Notes: a model not told the origin generated them from the letters alone. Positions 9,176 to 18,980 are shown, counted from the first letter of the stretch. The stretch: 64,000 nucleotides of DNA from Acidobacteriota bacterium (GCA_019244185.1 JAFATB010000009.1:25218-89217); one strand, 5' to 3'. A program made the numbers and translations.

Positions 9176-11170
9176 ATGCTGGCTCCCCTCGGAAAGATGT
9201 TGATTCTCGCGTCGCTGCTGGTGTCGGCGGCCGGCGCGCTGCTCGGGTTCGCGGCGGGACGCACGCGCTCGCGCGAGGCGCTGCTGTGGGCGCGCCGGTT
9301 CGCGTACGCGTTCGCCGCGCTCATGGGGCTGGCCACGCTGACGATGGAGTACGCGCTGCTCACGCACGACTTCCGCGTCAGCTACGTCGAGCACGTCGGC
9401 TCGCGCCTCGTGCCGACGTGGGTCACCATCGTCAGTTTGTGGTCGTCGCTCGAAGGCTCGATTCTCTTCTGGGGCTTCGTTCTCGGCATCTACATCGCCG
9501 TCGCGACGTACCTGACGCGCGGCCAGTACGAGGACTATCAGCCCGACGCCATCGGCGTGTGGCTGTCGTCCGCCGCGTTCTTCAGCTTCCTCATCGCCGG
9601 ACCGGCCAGCCCGTTCGGCGTCGTCGCCAATCCGCCGCTCGATGGACCGGGGCCAAATCCGCTGCTGCAGAACCACGTGCTGATGGCCATCCATCCGCCG
9701 TTTCTGTACCTCGGCTACGTCGGCATGACCATTCCGTTCGGCTTCGCGTGCGCGGCGCTCTTGCGCGGACGACTCGGGCACTCGCTGCTCAAACCGTTGC
9801 GCGCGTCGCTGATGGTGCCCTGGATCTTCCAGACCATCGCCATCATGCTCGGCGGCTGGTGGGCGTACGAAGTGCTGGGCTGGGGCGGTTACTGGGCGTG
9901 GGATCCGGTCGAGAACGCGTCGCTGCTGCCGTGGCTCACGGCGACGGCGGCGTTGCATTCGATCGTGGTTGTCGAACGCCGCGGCATTCTGAAAGGCTGG
10001 ACCGTCACGCTCATTCAGGCGACGTTCCTCCTCGTCATTCTCGGCACCTTCATGACGCGCTCGGGCGTCTTCAACTCCGTGCATTCGTTCACGCAGAGCG
10101 CGATCGGACCGACGATCCTCGCGTTCCTCGCGGCGTCGATCCTGTTCGTCGTCGTGCTGCTCGCGTTCCGGATCGATCGCCTCGAAACCGAAGGACGGAT
10201 CGAAGGTGCGGCGAGCCGCGAGGCGATGTTCCTCGTCAACAACCTGCTGTTCGTCCTGCTCACGTTCACGGTGCTGATCGGCACGGTCTTCCCGCTCGTG
10301 GTGGAGGCGCTCAAAGGCAAACAGATGAGCGTCGGGCGGCCGTACTTTGACAGCATGGTCGTGCCGATCGGCGCGGCGCTGTTGTTCCTCGTCGGCATCG
10401 GTCCCGCGCTGCCGTGGGGCCGCGCGACGCGCGAGCAGTTGAAGAACGCGCTGCTGCCGCCGCTGTTCGGCGCGGGACTCTTCGCGGTGATCGGCTACAT
10501 CCTGAACATCCGCGCGCCGTGGACTCTGGTCACGCTCGCCTTCGGCGGCTACGCCGCGCAGGTCACGCTCGGGCAGATGCTGCTGACGGTGTTGCAGCGC
10601 ACGAAGCGGGGCGAGTCCGCGGCCGCGGCGTTCGTCGATGGCAACCTGCGTCGCGGACGCCGGCGCTTCGCGTCGTACATCGTGCACGGTGCGGTGACGG
10701 TGGCGATCATCGCCATCGCCGTCAGCAGCTCGATGCGGCAGACCACCGAGCTCGCGTTCACGAAAGGGCAGACGCTGCGCGCGTCGGGCTACGATCTCAC
10801 GTTCCTCGGCTTCGAACAGCGGCAGGAGCCGCATCGTGCCGTGACGGGCGCGCGCTTCCGCGTCGCGCGCGACGGCAAGGTCGTGGCCACGCTCGAGCCG
10901 AAGATGAATCAGTATCAGATGATGCGCGAGCCGGTCGGCTCGCCCGCGGTGTACAGCACGGCCGCGGGCGATCTGTATCTGTCGCTCGCGAACCTCGACG
11001 TCGCCAATGAGAGCGTGTTCATCACGGTGTATGCCGCGCCGCTGGTGATGTGGATCTGGGTGTCGGTGATCCTGATGGGGCTGGGCGCGCTCTTCTCGCT
11101 CGTCCCGGCGCGGCGCGCCACGGCGGTGCAGTCGCGCGAGAGCGTCCCCGCGGCGGCGGAGACGGCATGA
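9176..11170 (+). CDS. ccmF: Cytochrome c synthetase CcmF
   Basis: HPPFLYLGY, LGWGGYWAWDPVENAS, SVHSF. Confidence 0.96.
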   Translation: MLAPLGKMLILASLLVSAAGALLGFAAGRTRSREALLWARRFAYAFAALMGLATLTMEYALLTHDFRVSYVEHVGSRLVPTWVTIVSLWSSLEGSILFWGFVLGIYIAVATYLTRGQYEDYQPDAIGVWLSSAAFFSFLIAGPASPFGVVANPPLDGPGPNPLLQNHVLMAIHPPFLYLGYVGMTIPFGFACAALLRGRLGHSLLKPLRASLMVPWIFQTIAIMLGGWWAYEVLGWGGYWAWDPVENASLLPWLTATAALHSIVVVERRGILKGWTVTLIQATFLLVILGTFMTRSGVFNSVHSFTQSAIGPTILAFLAASILFVVVLLAFRIDRLETEGRIEGAASREAMFLVNNLLFVLLTFTVLIGTVFPLVVEALKGKQMSVGRPYFDSMVVPIGAALLFLVGIGPALPWGRATREQLKNALLPPLFGAGLFAVIGYILNIRAPWTLVTLAFGGYAAQVTLGQMLLTVLQRTKRGESAAAAFVDGNLRRGRRRFASYIVHGAVTVAIIAIAVSSSMRQTTELAFTKGQTLRASGYDLTFLGFEQRQEPHRAVTGARFRVARDGKVVATLEPKMNQYQMMREPVGSPAVYSTAAGDLYLSLANLDVANESVFITVYAAPLVMWIWVSVILMGLGALFSLVPARRATAVQSRESVPAAAETA

Positions 11171-11685
11171 ACCGCACGGTGTTCGCGATCGGCATCGTCA
11201 TCGCGGCGGCGGTCGTCGGCGTGCTCTTCGCCGGACTGGGCAAAGATCCCGCGGTGATCCAGTCGCCGCTCATCGGCCGCAGCGCGCCGACGTTCGCGCT
11301 GCAGGAAGTCGGCACCGGCCGCACGATCGACATCGCGCAGCTTCGCGGACGTCCGCTGGTCATCAACTTCTGGGCGACCTGGTGCGGCCCATGTTGGGAA
11401 GAGCATCCTGTGCTCGTCGCCACCGCGCGCCGGCTGCAGCCGAACGTGCAGTTTCTCGGCGTCGTCTTTCAGGATCAGGAAGACAAGATCCTCGGCTTCC
11501 TGCAGCAGCGCGGCACGAGCTACCCGACGCTCGTCGACGTGAAGGGAAAGACCGCGCTCGCGTACGGCGTTGGCGGCGTTCCCGAGACGTTCTTTCTCGA
11601 CGCGAACGGGACGATCGTCGCGAAGTACGCGGGACCGATGGACGCCGATACGCTGCAGGCGAACCTGATGAAGGCGATGCGCTGA
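11167..11685 (+). CDS. ccmG: Thiol:disulfide oxidoreductase CcmG/DsbE
   Basis: NFWATWCGPC, YGVGGVPETF, N-terminal TM. Confidence 0.9.
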   Translation: MNRTVFAIGIVIAAAVVGVLFAGLGKDPAVIQSPLIGRSAPTFALQEVGTGRTIDIAQLRGRPLVINFWATWCGPCWEEHPVLVATARRLQPNVQFLGVVFQDQEDKILGFLQQRGTSYPTLVDVKGKTALAYGVGGVPETFFLDANGTIVAKYAGPMDADTLQANLMKAMR

Positions 11686-12173
11686 TGATCTTCGCGCTGC
11701 TGCTCTTCGTCGCCACGTTGCGCGTGCCGGATGCCGCGCAGTTCGTCGGCGCGCCGAAGGGGATGCCGGTCGCGGACGCGCAACTCGCAGCGCGCACGCA
11801 CGAGGTGGCGTCGCTGCTGCGGTGCCCCGTCTGTCAGGGGATGTCGGTCGCCGACTCGCCGTCGGAGATGGCCATCAACATGAAGGAGCAGGTGCGCGAG
11901 CTGCTCGCGCGCGGCTACACCGAAGAACAGATTCTCAAATACTTCGAGCTGTCGTACGGGCAGTTCGTCTTGCTGCGTCCGAAGTTCGAAGGCGTGAACG
12001 CGCTGGTCTGGCTGCTGCCGCTGTTCGCGGTGGTCGTTGGCGTTGCGATCGTGCTGCTCAAGATTCGGAAGCTCGAACAGCCGCTGCCGCCCCGCGCGGA
12101 ACCCGAAGCGGCGAACGACGATCCGTACGTGTCGCGCGTGCGCGAGCTCGTGCGCGGAGACAAACAGGGATGA
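11685..12173 (+). CDS. ccmH: CcmH
   Basis: LRCPVCQG motif, YGQFVLLRP, C-terminal TM. Confidence 0.92.
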   Translation: MIFALLLFVATLRVPDAAQFVGAPKGMPVADAQLAARTHEVASLLRCPVCQGMSVADSPSEMAINMKEQVRELLARGYTEEQILKYFELSYGQFVLLRPKFEGVNALVWLLPLFAVVVGVAIVLLKIRKLEQPLPPRAEPEAANDDPYVSRVRELVRGDKQG

Positions 12174-13495
12174 ATCCACCAACCGACTGGGCGAGCGCGA
12201 TCGCCATCCTCGCCGCGGGCCTGCTCCTCGGCGCACTCTTCGTCTACTTCTACAAGCGCCGCACGCCCGCCGCGCCGCTCGCCGCCGAGCCCGACCTCGC
12301 GCGGCGCGATCTCGAGGCGAAACGCGACGCGCTCGTCGCGGAACTGCGCGCGCCCGATGTCGACGCCGCGGAACGCGCGCGCCTCGAGCGCGAGACCGCG
12401 GACGTATTGCGGCAACTCGATGCGATGCCCGCGCGCGCGACGAGCAGCGCGTCGACGACGGCGGCGGCGCGTCCGGCGATGTCGCCGCAGGTGCAGGGCT
12501 TCCTCTGGGGCGCGGGCTCGATGGCGCTGCTCGCGGCGCTCGGCTTCTACGTCATGAATCACGCCTCCGATCGCAAGACAGGGGAGGGTGCGACCGGCGG
12601 CGGTCCGATGCAGTCCGCGCAGCAGCAGACCTCGACCATCGCCCCGGCGCAGCAGGCGCCCGATCCGGCGGTGCTGCAGCTCGAGGCGGCGGTGCAGAAA
12701 GATCCGAACAACCTCCAGCTGCGCAACGAGCTCGCGCAGGCGTACCTCGAGCGCGAGAACCTCATGGGCGTGTTCGAGCAGACGCGCGTCGTGCTCGCAA
12801 AGTCGCCGAACGACAGCCGTGCGCTGACGTTCCAGGCGCTCGTGCGGATGTCGATGGGCGACCAGGCGTCGGCGAAGCAGATGCTGCAGCAGGCGACGAA
12901 GTCCGATCCGAAGAACCTCGACAGCTGGGTTGCGCTCGCGTGGATCGACGCGCAGAACGGCAAGATCGACGAAGCGCAGAGCTACATCGCCGAGGCGACG
13001 CGACAGGTGCCGGCGGAGAAAGCGCGGCTCGACGCGGTGTTCGCGCAGATGAAGCAGCACGTGACCGACCCGCAGCAGCTGGCGCAGGGCGGTGGTGGCG
13101 GCGAACAGCAGTTGCCTCCGGGACATCCGTCGATCGACGGCGCCGGAGCGGCGGCGTCGCCGGCCGCGTCCGCGCAGAACTCCGGACCGAGCGTGCGCGT
13201 GACGGTCGATCTCGATCCGTCGGCGAAGGGAAAGAGCGGGATTCTGTTCGTGTTCGCGCGCAATCCCGCGGGTGGTCCGCCCGCGGCGGTGAAGCGACTG
13301 GCGGACGTCACGTTCCCGGTGACCGTCGAGCTCAGCTCCGCCGACTCGATGCTCGGCCAGCCGCTGCCCGCGAGCTTCCGGCTCGAAGCGCGGCTCGACA
13401 GCGACGGAAACGCGATGACGCGCACGCCGGGCGATCCGTCCGCGGCGCAGGAGAACGTGACCCCCGGCGCGGCGGTGCGGCTGTCGTTGAAGTAG
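12170..13495 (+). CDS. ccmI: CcmI-like TPR protein
   Basis: Two N-terminal TMs, TPR-like repeats, LPPGHP, C-terminal LFVFAR...ARLDSDG domain; last gene of the ccm operon. Confidence 0.75.
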   Translation: MNPPTDWASAIAILAAGLLLGALFVYFYKRRTPAAPLAAEPDLARRDLEAKRDALVAELRAPDVDAAERARLERETADVLRQLDAMPARATSSASTTAAARPAMSPQVQGFLWGAGSMALLAALGFYVMNHASDRKTGEGATGGGPMQSAQQQTSTIAPAQQAPDPAVLQLEAAVQKDPNNLQLRNELAQAYLERENLMGVFEQTRVVLAKSPNDSRALTFQALVRMSMGDQASAKQMLQQATKSDPKNLDSWVALAWIDAQNGKIDEAQSYIAEATRQVPAEKARLDAVFAQMKQHVTDPQQLAQGGGGGEQQLPPGHPSIDGAGAAASPAASAQNSGPSVRVTVDLDPSAKGKSGILFVFARNPAGGPPAAVKRLADVTFPVTVELSSADSMLGQPLPASFRLEARLDSDGNAMTRTPGDPSAAQENVTPGAAVRLSLK

Positions 13496-13502
13496 AACGA
13501 GG

Positions 13503-13807
13503 TGCGCGCTGCAGTTGACGCGGCGCTTCGCGCCGCGCAACTGAGCGGCGCACATGCAGTGGCGCGCTGACTCGTCGATCCCGCCGTCGCGCACAGACGC
13601 GCAGATCGCGCGCAGGTCGTCATCGGTCATCCGCTTCAACTCGCGCGCCGTTGCGCGCTGCAGTTGACGCGGCGCTTCGCGCCGCGCAACTGAGCGCGCA
13701 CATGGAGTGGCGCCCTACTCGTCGATCCCCGCCGTATGCGTCGGCGGCAGTGTGCGCAGATACGCATAGATCGCGCGCAGATCGTCGTCCGTCATCCGCT
13801 TCAGTTC
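13503..13807. repeat. Tandem duplication of a GC-rich hairpin plus the 3' end of the cytochrome c gene (copy 1 13503-13642, copy 2 13652-13807)
   Basis: Identical 44-bp tgcgcgctgcagttgacgcggcgcttcgcgccgcgcaactgagc at 13503 and 13652; both copies encode ELKRMTDDDLRAI on the minus strand. Confidence 0.9.
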
Positions 13808-14659
13808 CGGCCACGGCATGAACGGATGGATCGCGTTCCCCTCCGGATCCTTCCCCGTGCGGATCGCGCGCAAAAAGTCCGCCTCGCTCCAGCGGCCGAT
13901 GCCGGTCTCGGAATCGGGCGTGAGGTTCGACGGCCGCGCGGGAAAGTCCGCCGGCGGCTTCGGCACGCCCGCGAGCAGGCGTGAGCGGTCGGGCTTCTGC
14001 AGCAGCCCCGTGCGCGGCGTGTGGCATTCGGCGCAGAGCGCGGCATGCTGCGTGAGGTACGCGCCGTACGCCGCGTTGGCTCCCGCCGGCGTCGAGGCGA
14101 CGGCGAGCTCCGGCTTCGGGCGGAGGAACAGGACCTTTCCGATGCGGAAGATGACGTTCGGACTCTGGCGCACCTCGGCGCGCACGGGCGGCAACGTCTT
14201 GAGATAGCGCGCGATCGCGAACGCGTCGGCGTCCGACAGCTCGTGGAACCATTCGTACGGCATCACTGGCGCGAGCAGGCGTCCGTCGCGGCGCACGCCG
14301 TTGCGGATCGCGCGCACCAGCTCCGCGTCCGTCCAGCCGCCGATGCCGGTGTCGGCGTCGGACGTGAGATTCGACGCGCGCGCCACGCCGATGCGCCAGT
14401 TCCGGAACTCCTTTCCTCCGGCCAGCGCTCCATCCGGATTCTTCGCGTCGGCGGAATGACAGCCGCCGCACACCGCCACGTTGCGCACGAGATACTCGCC
14501 GCGCGCGACCGATGCGTCGCCTGCCTCCGGCGCGGGCACGCGCGGCAGCGGCACTTGCGAATGCCCGCAGCGCAGCGCGGTCAGTGTGAAGAGGAAGATC
14601 GTCGCGGCGGCCGGAACGCGTCCGCGCGCGGAGGGCCGGAGAAATCGTGCAGCGTCCAT
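13715..14659 (-). CDS. Diheme c-type cytochrome
   Basis: CGGCH and CAECH, two repeated NLT.D..TGIG.W / MP units, N-terminal export signal. Confidence 0.9.
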   Translation of the reverse strand: MDAARFLRPSARGRVPAAATIFLFTLTALRCGHSQVPLPRVPAPEAGDASVARGEYLVRNVAVCGGCHSADAKNPDGALAGGKEFRNWRIGVARASNLTSDADTGIGGWTDAELVRAIRNGVRRDGRLLAPVMPYEWFHELSDADAFAIARYLKTLPPVRAEVRQSPNVIFRIGKVLFLRPKPELAVASTPAGANAAYGAYLTQHAALCAECHTPRTGLLQKPDRSRLLAGVPKPPADFPARPSNLTPDSETGIGRWSEADFLRAIRTGKDPEGNAIHPFMPWPELKRMTDDDLRAIYAYLRTLPPTHTAGIDE

Positions 14660-14727
14660 CGACAGCACCTCGCGTCTGCCGGGCGCTGCAAGACGGGAGC
14701 CCGCGCCGCCTCTGCTACACTCTCCGC

Positions 14728-14810
14728 CAGCCTCGGGGTGGCCGCGCATCGCACGGCCTGAGATCAAACCCGTGGAACCTGATCCGGCTCGCACCGGCGT
14801 AGGGAAGGCA
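14728..14810 (+). ncRNA. TPP riboswitch
   Basis: GGGGTG...CTGAGA...ACCCGTGGAACCTGATCCGG...CCGGCGTAGGGAA matches the TPP aptamer core; lies immediately upstream of the TonB receptor ATG. Confidence 0.92.
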
Positions 14811-14811
14811 A

Positions 14812-16866
14812 ATGAAACGACTCGCCGCGGTTTTTCTCCCTCTCTTTCTTTTCACCATTCCAGTGCTCGCGGATGATCCGCCGTTTACGGAGACCATCGT
14901 CGTCTCCGCGATCCGCGCGGACGACGCGAAGCCGGTCACGAAGACCGACATCCCGCGCGGGGAGATCGAGGCCGACTATCACGGGCAGGACGTGCCGCTG
15001 CTGCTGCGCGACGCGCCGTCGGTGCACGCGTGGAGCGAGTCGGGCGCGGGCGGCGCCGGCTACTCGTACATCTCGCTGCGCGGCGTCGCGGCCACGCGGC
15101 TCAATTTCACGCTCGACGGCGTGCCGCTCGCCGACTCCGAAGACATGGGGACGTACTTTGCGGACTTTCCCGATCTCGCGCGCTCGCTGGAGAGCATTCA
15201 GATCCAGCGCGGCGTCGGCACGTCGACGGTCGGCAGTCCGTCGTTCGGTGGATCCGTGAATCTCGAATCGATCGCAGTCGGCAGCGATCAGCAGTTCGAC
15301 GCCACCGTCGGCGGCGGCTCGTTCGGCAATCGCCAGCTCTCGGCCGGCTATCACTCCGGCGCGTTCGCGAACGGCTTCGCGTTCTACACGCGGCTCTCGC
15401 TCCTCGAATCCGACGGCTATCGCGACAACTCCGCCATGCGCCAGCGCGATCTCTTCTTCAGCGGCGTCAAGCCGATCGGCAACGCGCTGCTGCAACTGAC
15501 CGGCTTCTCCGGGCACGAGCGCCAGCAGCTCTCGTTCTACGCCGCCGACGCGGACACGCTGCGCGTCGATCCGCGCGCGAATCCGCTCTCGCCCGACGAG
15601 CATGACAGCTTCGGCTACGACCTCGCGCAGCTCCAGTACATCCGGCCGCTCGGCGCATCGAGCGACATGACCGCGTCCGCGTACTACCAGCGTGGCTACG
15701 GCTGGTATCGGCTCTTCGACGAAGAAGCCACGCTGCGCCAGTACGGTCTCGATGGCCTGCTCGCCGGCACGATGCTCACGTACTCGCATGCGGTCGGCGG
15801 CTTCACGCTCAACAGCGGCGTGCACGTGAACCGCTTCGAACGCGAGCACACGCGCGACGACGTCGTGGCGCAGACGCGCGACTACGCCAACGACGGCGTA
15901 AAGTCCGAGGCCAACGCCTTCGCGAAGCTGACGTGGCAGGCCGCGCGCTGGACGATCTACGGCGACGCGCAACTGCGCACCGCGCGCTTCGCGTACCACG
16001 GCGACGTCTCCATCGATCCGATCTCCTGGACCTTCTTCAATCCGAAAATCGGCGCGCGCTACGGGCTCACGTCGAATGCCAGCGTCTACGCGTCGGCGGG
16101 CCTCTCGACGCGCGAGCCCGCGCGCAACGATCTCTTTCAGGGCGAAGACAACGCGTCCATTCCGCACGACCTCAACGCGGTGAAGCCCGAGCATCTCGCC
16201 GACTTCGAGGCTGGCTGGAACTGGCGGCGGCGCGGAGTCGAAGTCGCGGCGAACGTCTACGCGATGGAGTTCCACGACGAGATCGCCGCGACCGGCGAGC
16301 TCTCCGACATCGGCCTCGCGCTGCGCCGCAACGTCGACCGCAGCTCGCGGCGCGGGCTCGAGCTCGAGGCGAAATGGCAGGTGCGCCCGAACGTTCGGCT
16401 GCGCACCGACGCGAACGTCAGCCGCAATCGCATCCGGACGTGGACGCAGTTCTTCGACGTCTACGACGACGCCGGCACCTTCACCGGCTCCGATGCCGTC
16501 ACGTACCACGACGTCGAGCCGCTGCTCACGCCGAACGTGCTGCTCAATCAGACGATCGAGTACGCCCCGACGCGCCGCGTCTCCCTCGGCGCCGTCGCGC
16601 GCTACGCCGGCCGCTCCTATCTCGACAACACCGGCAATCCCGCGTTCGCGACGCCGTCGTTTTTCACCGCCGACGCGCGCGTTGCGTATGCCGTCACGCC
16701 GCGGGCGCGCGTTTCGCTCCAGGTCGACAACGTGTTCGACAACGACCGCGTCTACGCGAACGGCTACAGCTACCTCTACGAGTCCGGCGGCGCGCGCACC
16801 GGCACCGCGTACTACTTCCCGCAGGCCACGCGCTCGGCGAGCGTGCTGCTCGATCTGGACTGGTGA
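14812..16866 (+). CDS. TonB-dependent receptor, probably thiamine (Omr1-like)
   Basis: Signal peptide, TonB box ETIVVSA, plug (ISLRG...TLDGVPL...IQIQRGVG), C-terminal aromatic residue; TPP riboswitch upstream. Confidence 0.88.
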   Translation: MKRLAAVFLPLFLFTIPVLADDPPFTETIVVSAIRADDAKPVTKTDIPRGEIEADYHGQDVPLLLRDAPSVHAWSESGAGGAGYSYISLRGVAATRLNFTLDGVPLADSEDMGTYFADFPDLARSLESIQIQRGVGTSTVGSPSFGGSVNLESIAVGSDQQFDATVGGGSFGNRQLSAGYHSGAFANGFAFYTRLSLLESDGYRDNSAMRQRDLFFSGVKPIGNALLQLTGFSGHERQQLSFYAADADTLRVDPRANPLSPDEHDSFGYDLAQLQYIRPLGASSDMTASAYYQRGYGWYRLFDEEATLRQYGLDGLLAGTMLTYSHAVGGFTLNSGVHVNRFEREHTRDDVVAQTRDYANDGVKSEANAFAKLTWQAARWTIYGDAQLRTARFAYHGDVSIDPISWTFFNPKIGARYGLTSNASVYASAGLSTREPARNDLFQGEDNASIPHDLNAVKPEHLADFEAGWNWRRRGVEVAANVYAMEFHDEIAATGELSDIGLALRRNVDRSSRRGLELEAKWQVRPNVRLRTDANVSRNRIRTWTQFFDVYDDAGTFTGSDAVTYHDVEPLLTPNVLLNQTIEYAPTRRVSLGAVARYAGRSYLDNTGNPAFATPSFFTADARVAYAVTPRARVSLQVDNVFDNDRVYANGYSYLYESGGARTGTAYYFPQATRSASVLLDLDW

Positions 16867-16867
16867 C

Positions 16868-17428
16868 TTGAGCCCGATCGAGATCGTCGCCGCCATCGTC
16901 ACCGTCGCCAGCATCGCGCTGGCGACGCGCGAGAACGTCTGGTACTACCCGACCGGCATCGCCAGCGTGCTGCTCTACGCGTGGGTCTACTTCTCCGCGC
17001 GCCTGTACGCGGAGTCGATGCTGCAGCTGATCTGGCTCGCGCTCATGATCTACGGCTGGCACCAGTGGCTGCACGGCGGCGCGAACAAGCGCGAGCTGCC
17101 GGTGACGCGCACCACGCGCTGGGGCTGGATCGTGGTCGCGTTCCTCGGACTCGTGCTTTCCGCGATCATCATCGGCATCCAGCGCCGCTGGACGAACAAC
17201 CCCGCGCCGTACGTCGACTCGTCCATCGCGGCGTGGAGCATCGTCGCGCAGTGGATGACCGCGCGGAAGTGGATCGAGAACTGGATCCTCTGGATCGTCA
17301 TCAACGTCGCCGCGGTCGCGCTCTACATCAACCGCCAGCTCTGGCCCACCGCCGTCGTCTACGCGATCCTCTTCATCCTCGGCATCGAGGGCTATCGCAA
17401 GTGGCGCAAGTCGCTCGTGTCGTTCTGA
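16868..17428 (+). CDS. PnuC-family vitamin transporter (PnuT-like)
   Basis: TTG start; YGWHQW, ARKWIENWILWIVIN PnuC motif. Confidence 0.88.
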   Translation: MSPIEIVAAIVTVASIALATRENVWYYPTGIASVLLYAWVYFSARLYAESMLQLIWLALMIYGWHQWLHGGANKRELPVTRTTRWGWIVVAFLGLVLSAIIIGIQRRWTNNPAPYVDSSIAAWSIVAQWMTARKWIENWILWIVINVAAVALYINRQLWPTAVVYAILFILGIEGYRKWRKSLVSF

Positions 17429-17919
17429 CCGGCCCCGAGTCGACGGGGAAGACGCAGCTCGCGCAGCGCCTGGCGCGCGACCTCGGCGTCGCGTGGGTTC
17501 CCGAATACGCGCGCGAGTACGCGGAAGCGCGCGGCAACGCGCTGACAGCCGCCGACGTCGACTGGATCGCGCGCGGCCAGATCGCGAACGAAGACCGCGC
17601 GCCGGACGCGCCGATCCGCGACACGGACCTCATCTCGACCGTCGTCTATGCGCGCCACTACTACGGCGCGTGTCCGGCGTGGATTGAAGCGGAAGCGCGC
17701 GCGCGCCGTGCGGCTCTCTATCTGTTGCTCGACACCGACGTCGAATGGCAGCCGGACGCCGCGCGCGATGCCGGCGGCGACGAGCGCGAGGATCTCTTCG
17801 ACGCCTTTCGCGCCGCGCTCGACGAATTCGACACGCGCTGGGAGATCGTGAGCGGCGACTGGGACGAACGCTACCGCGCCGCGCTACGCCACATCGGCCA
17901 GATCGACGGTGATCAGTAG
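17401..17919 (+). CDS. NadR-like P-loop kinase (AAA_28)
   Basis: LTGPESTGKT, VPEYAREY, IARGQ, DTDLIST. Confidence 0.85.
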   Translation: MAQVARVVLTGPESTGKTQLAQRLARDLGVAWVPEYAREYAEARGNALTAADVDWIARGQIANEDRAPDAPIRDTDLISTVVYARHYYGACPAWIEAEARARRAALYLLLDTDVEWQPDAARDAGGDEREDLFDAFRAALDEFDTRWEIVSGDWDERYRAALRHIGQIDGDQ

Positions 17920-18363
17920 GAGGCAGCCGTCGGCGGACGCCACGACGTCGCCGTGATGCGAGCCGGCGTCCACCTGATGAAAGTCTCCCGCGGCCAGCGC
18001 GACGCCGCCGATGTGGCAGCTCCCGCGCACGACGTACGACTCTTCCGCGCCCTTGTGATCGTGCGCCGGCAGGATCGACTGCGGCGCCAGCTCGAGCAGA
18101 CACGTCATCGTGTTGCGGCGCGCGTCCTTCGTCAGCTTCTTCGTGCGCACGCCCGGTGCGACGTCGACCCAGCGTCCTTCGTCCGCGCGCACCGTGCGGC
18201 TCTCGTCTGGCCCCGGCACGCGCTCGTCGAGCTGCGGCGTGCGCGCGATCTGTGCGAGCACCTGCGCCCGCACGTGCGGCGGCGGCACGACCGGCGCGAT
18301 CGTCTCCTTCGCGAGCGCGTCGAGCACGGCGAGTTCTTCGGCAGACAGTACGTCGCTCAACAT
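17884..18363 (-). CDS. ChrR-like cupin domain protein
   Basis: PPPHVRAQVL linker, LPAHDHKGAEESYVVRG, SHH. Confidence 0.78.
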   Translation of the reverse strand: MLSDVLSAEELAVLDALAKETIAPVVPPPHVRAQVLAQIARTPQLDERVPGPDESRTVRADEGRWVDVAPGVRTKKLTKDARRNTMTCLLELAPQSILPAHDHKGAEESYVVRGSCHIGGVALAAGDFHQVDAGSHHGDVVASADGCLLLITVDLADVA

Positions 18364-18422
18364 GTCCCCCGAGATTGTACGGGCAGAACGGCCGATCGGT
18401 TCATTCAGTACCATCTGACCCC

Positions 18423-18980
18423 ATGAACTGGCTGGTGAAGAACTTCCTGCGCGGCCTCGTCATCGTCGTTCCGATCGCGCTGACGCTCTACCTGCTCTAC
18501 CAGTCCTTCATCACCCTCGACGGTCTCCTGCATCTGCCCGCGCCCGGACTCGGCCTCCTCGTGCTCGTCGCCGCGACCATCGTCGTCGGTGCGTTCGCGT
18601 CGAACTTCGTCGGACGCCGCCTCGTGCGCGTGACGGACGCGCTCTTCACCACCGCGCCGATCGTGCGCATCGTCTACGCGGCGATCAAGGACCTGCTCGA
18701 GGCGTTCGTCGGCAACAAGCGCCGCTTCGACAAGCCGGTGTCGATCGACCTGAGCGAAGGCGTCCGCGTCTTCGGCTTCATCACGCAGGACGAGATGGGC
18801 GCGCTGGCGCGGCCGGGCGACGTCGCCGTGTACGTGCCGTTCTCCTACACGTGGGACGGGTGTCTGCTCGTCGTCGCACGCGAGCGCGTGCGGCCGCTCG
18901 ATGCCGACAGCGCCAGCGTGATGGCGCTGGTGATCTCCGGCGGCGTGTCGCGCACCGCAGCGGGCGAGACAATTCGCTGA
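18423..18980 (+). CDS. DUF502-family membrane protein
   Basis: FLRGLVIVVPIALT, PIVRIVYAAIKD, VAVYVP, ALVISGG. Confidence 0.82.
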   Translation: MNWLVKNFLRGLVIVVPIALTLYLLYQSFITLDGLLHLPAPGLGLLVLVAATIVVGAFASNFVGRRLVRVTDALFTTAPIVRIVYAAIKDLLEAFVGNKRRFDKPVSIDLSEGVRVFGFITQDEMGALARPGDVAVYVPFSYTWDGCLLVVARERVRPLDADSASVMALVISGGVSRTAAGETIR

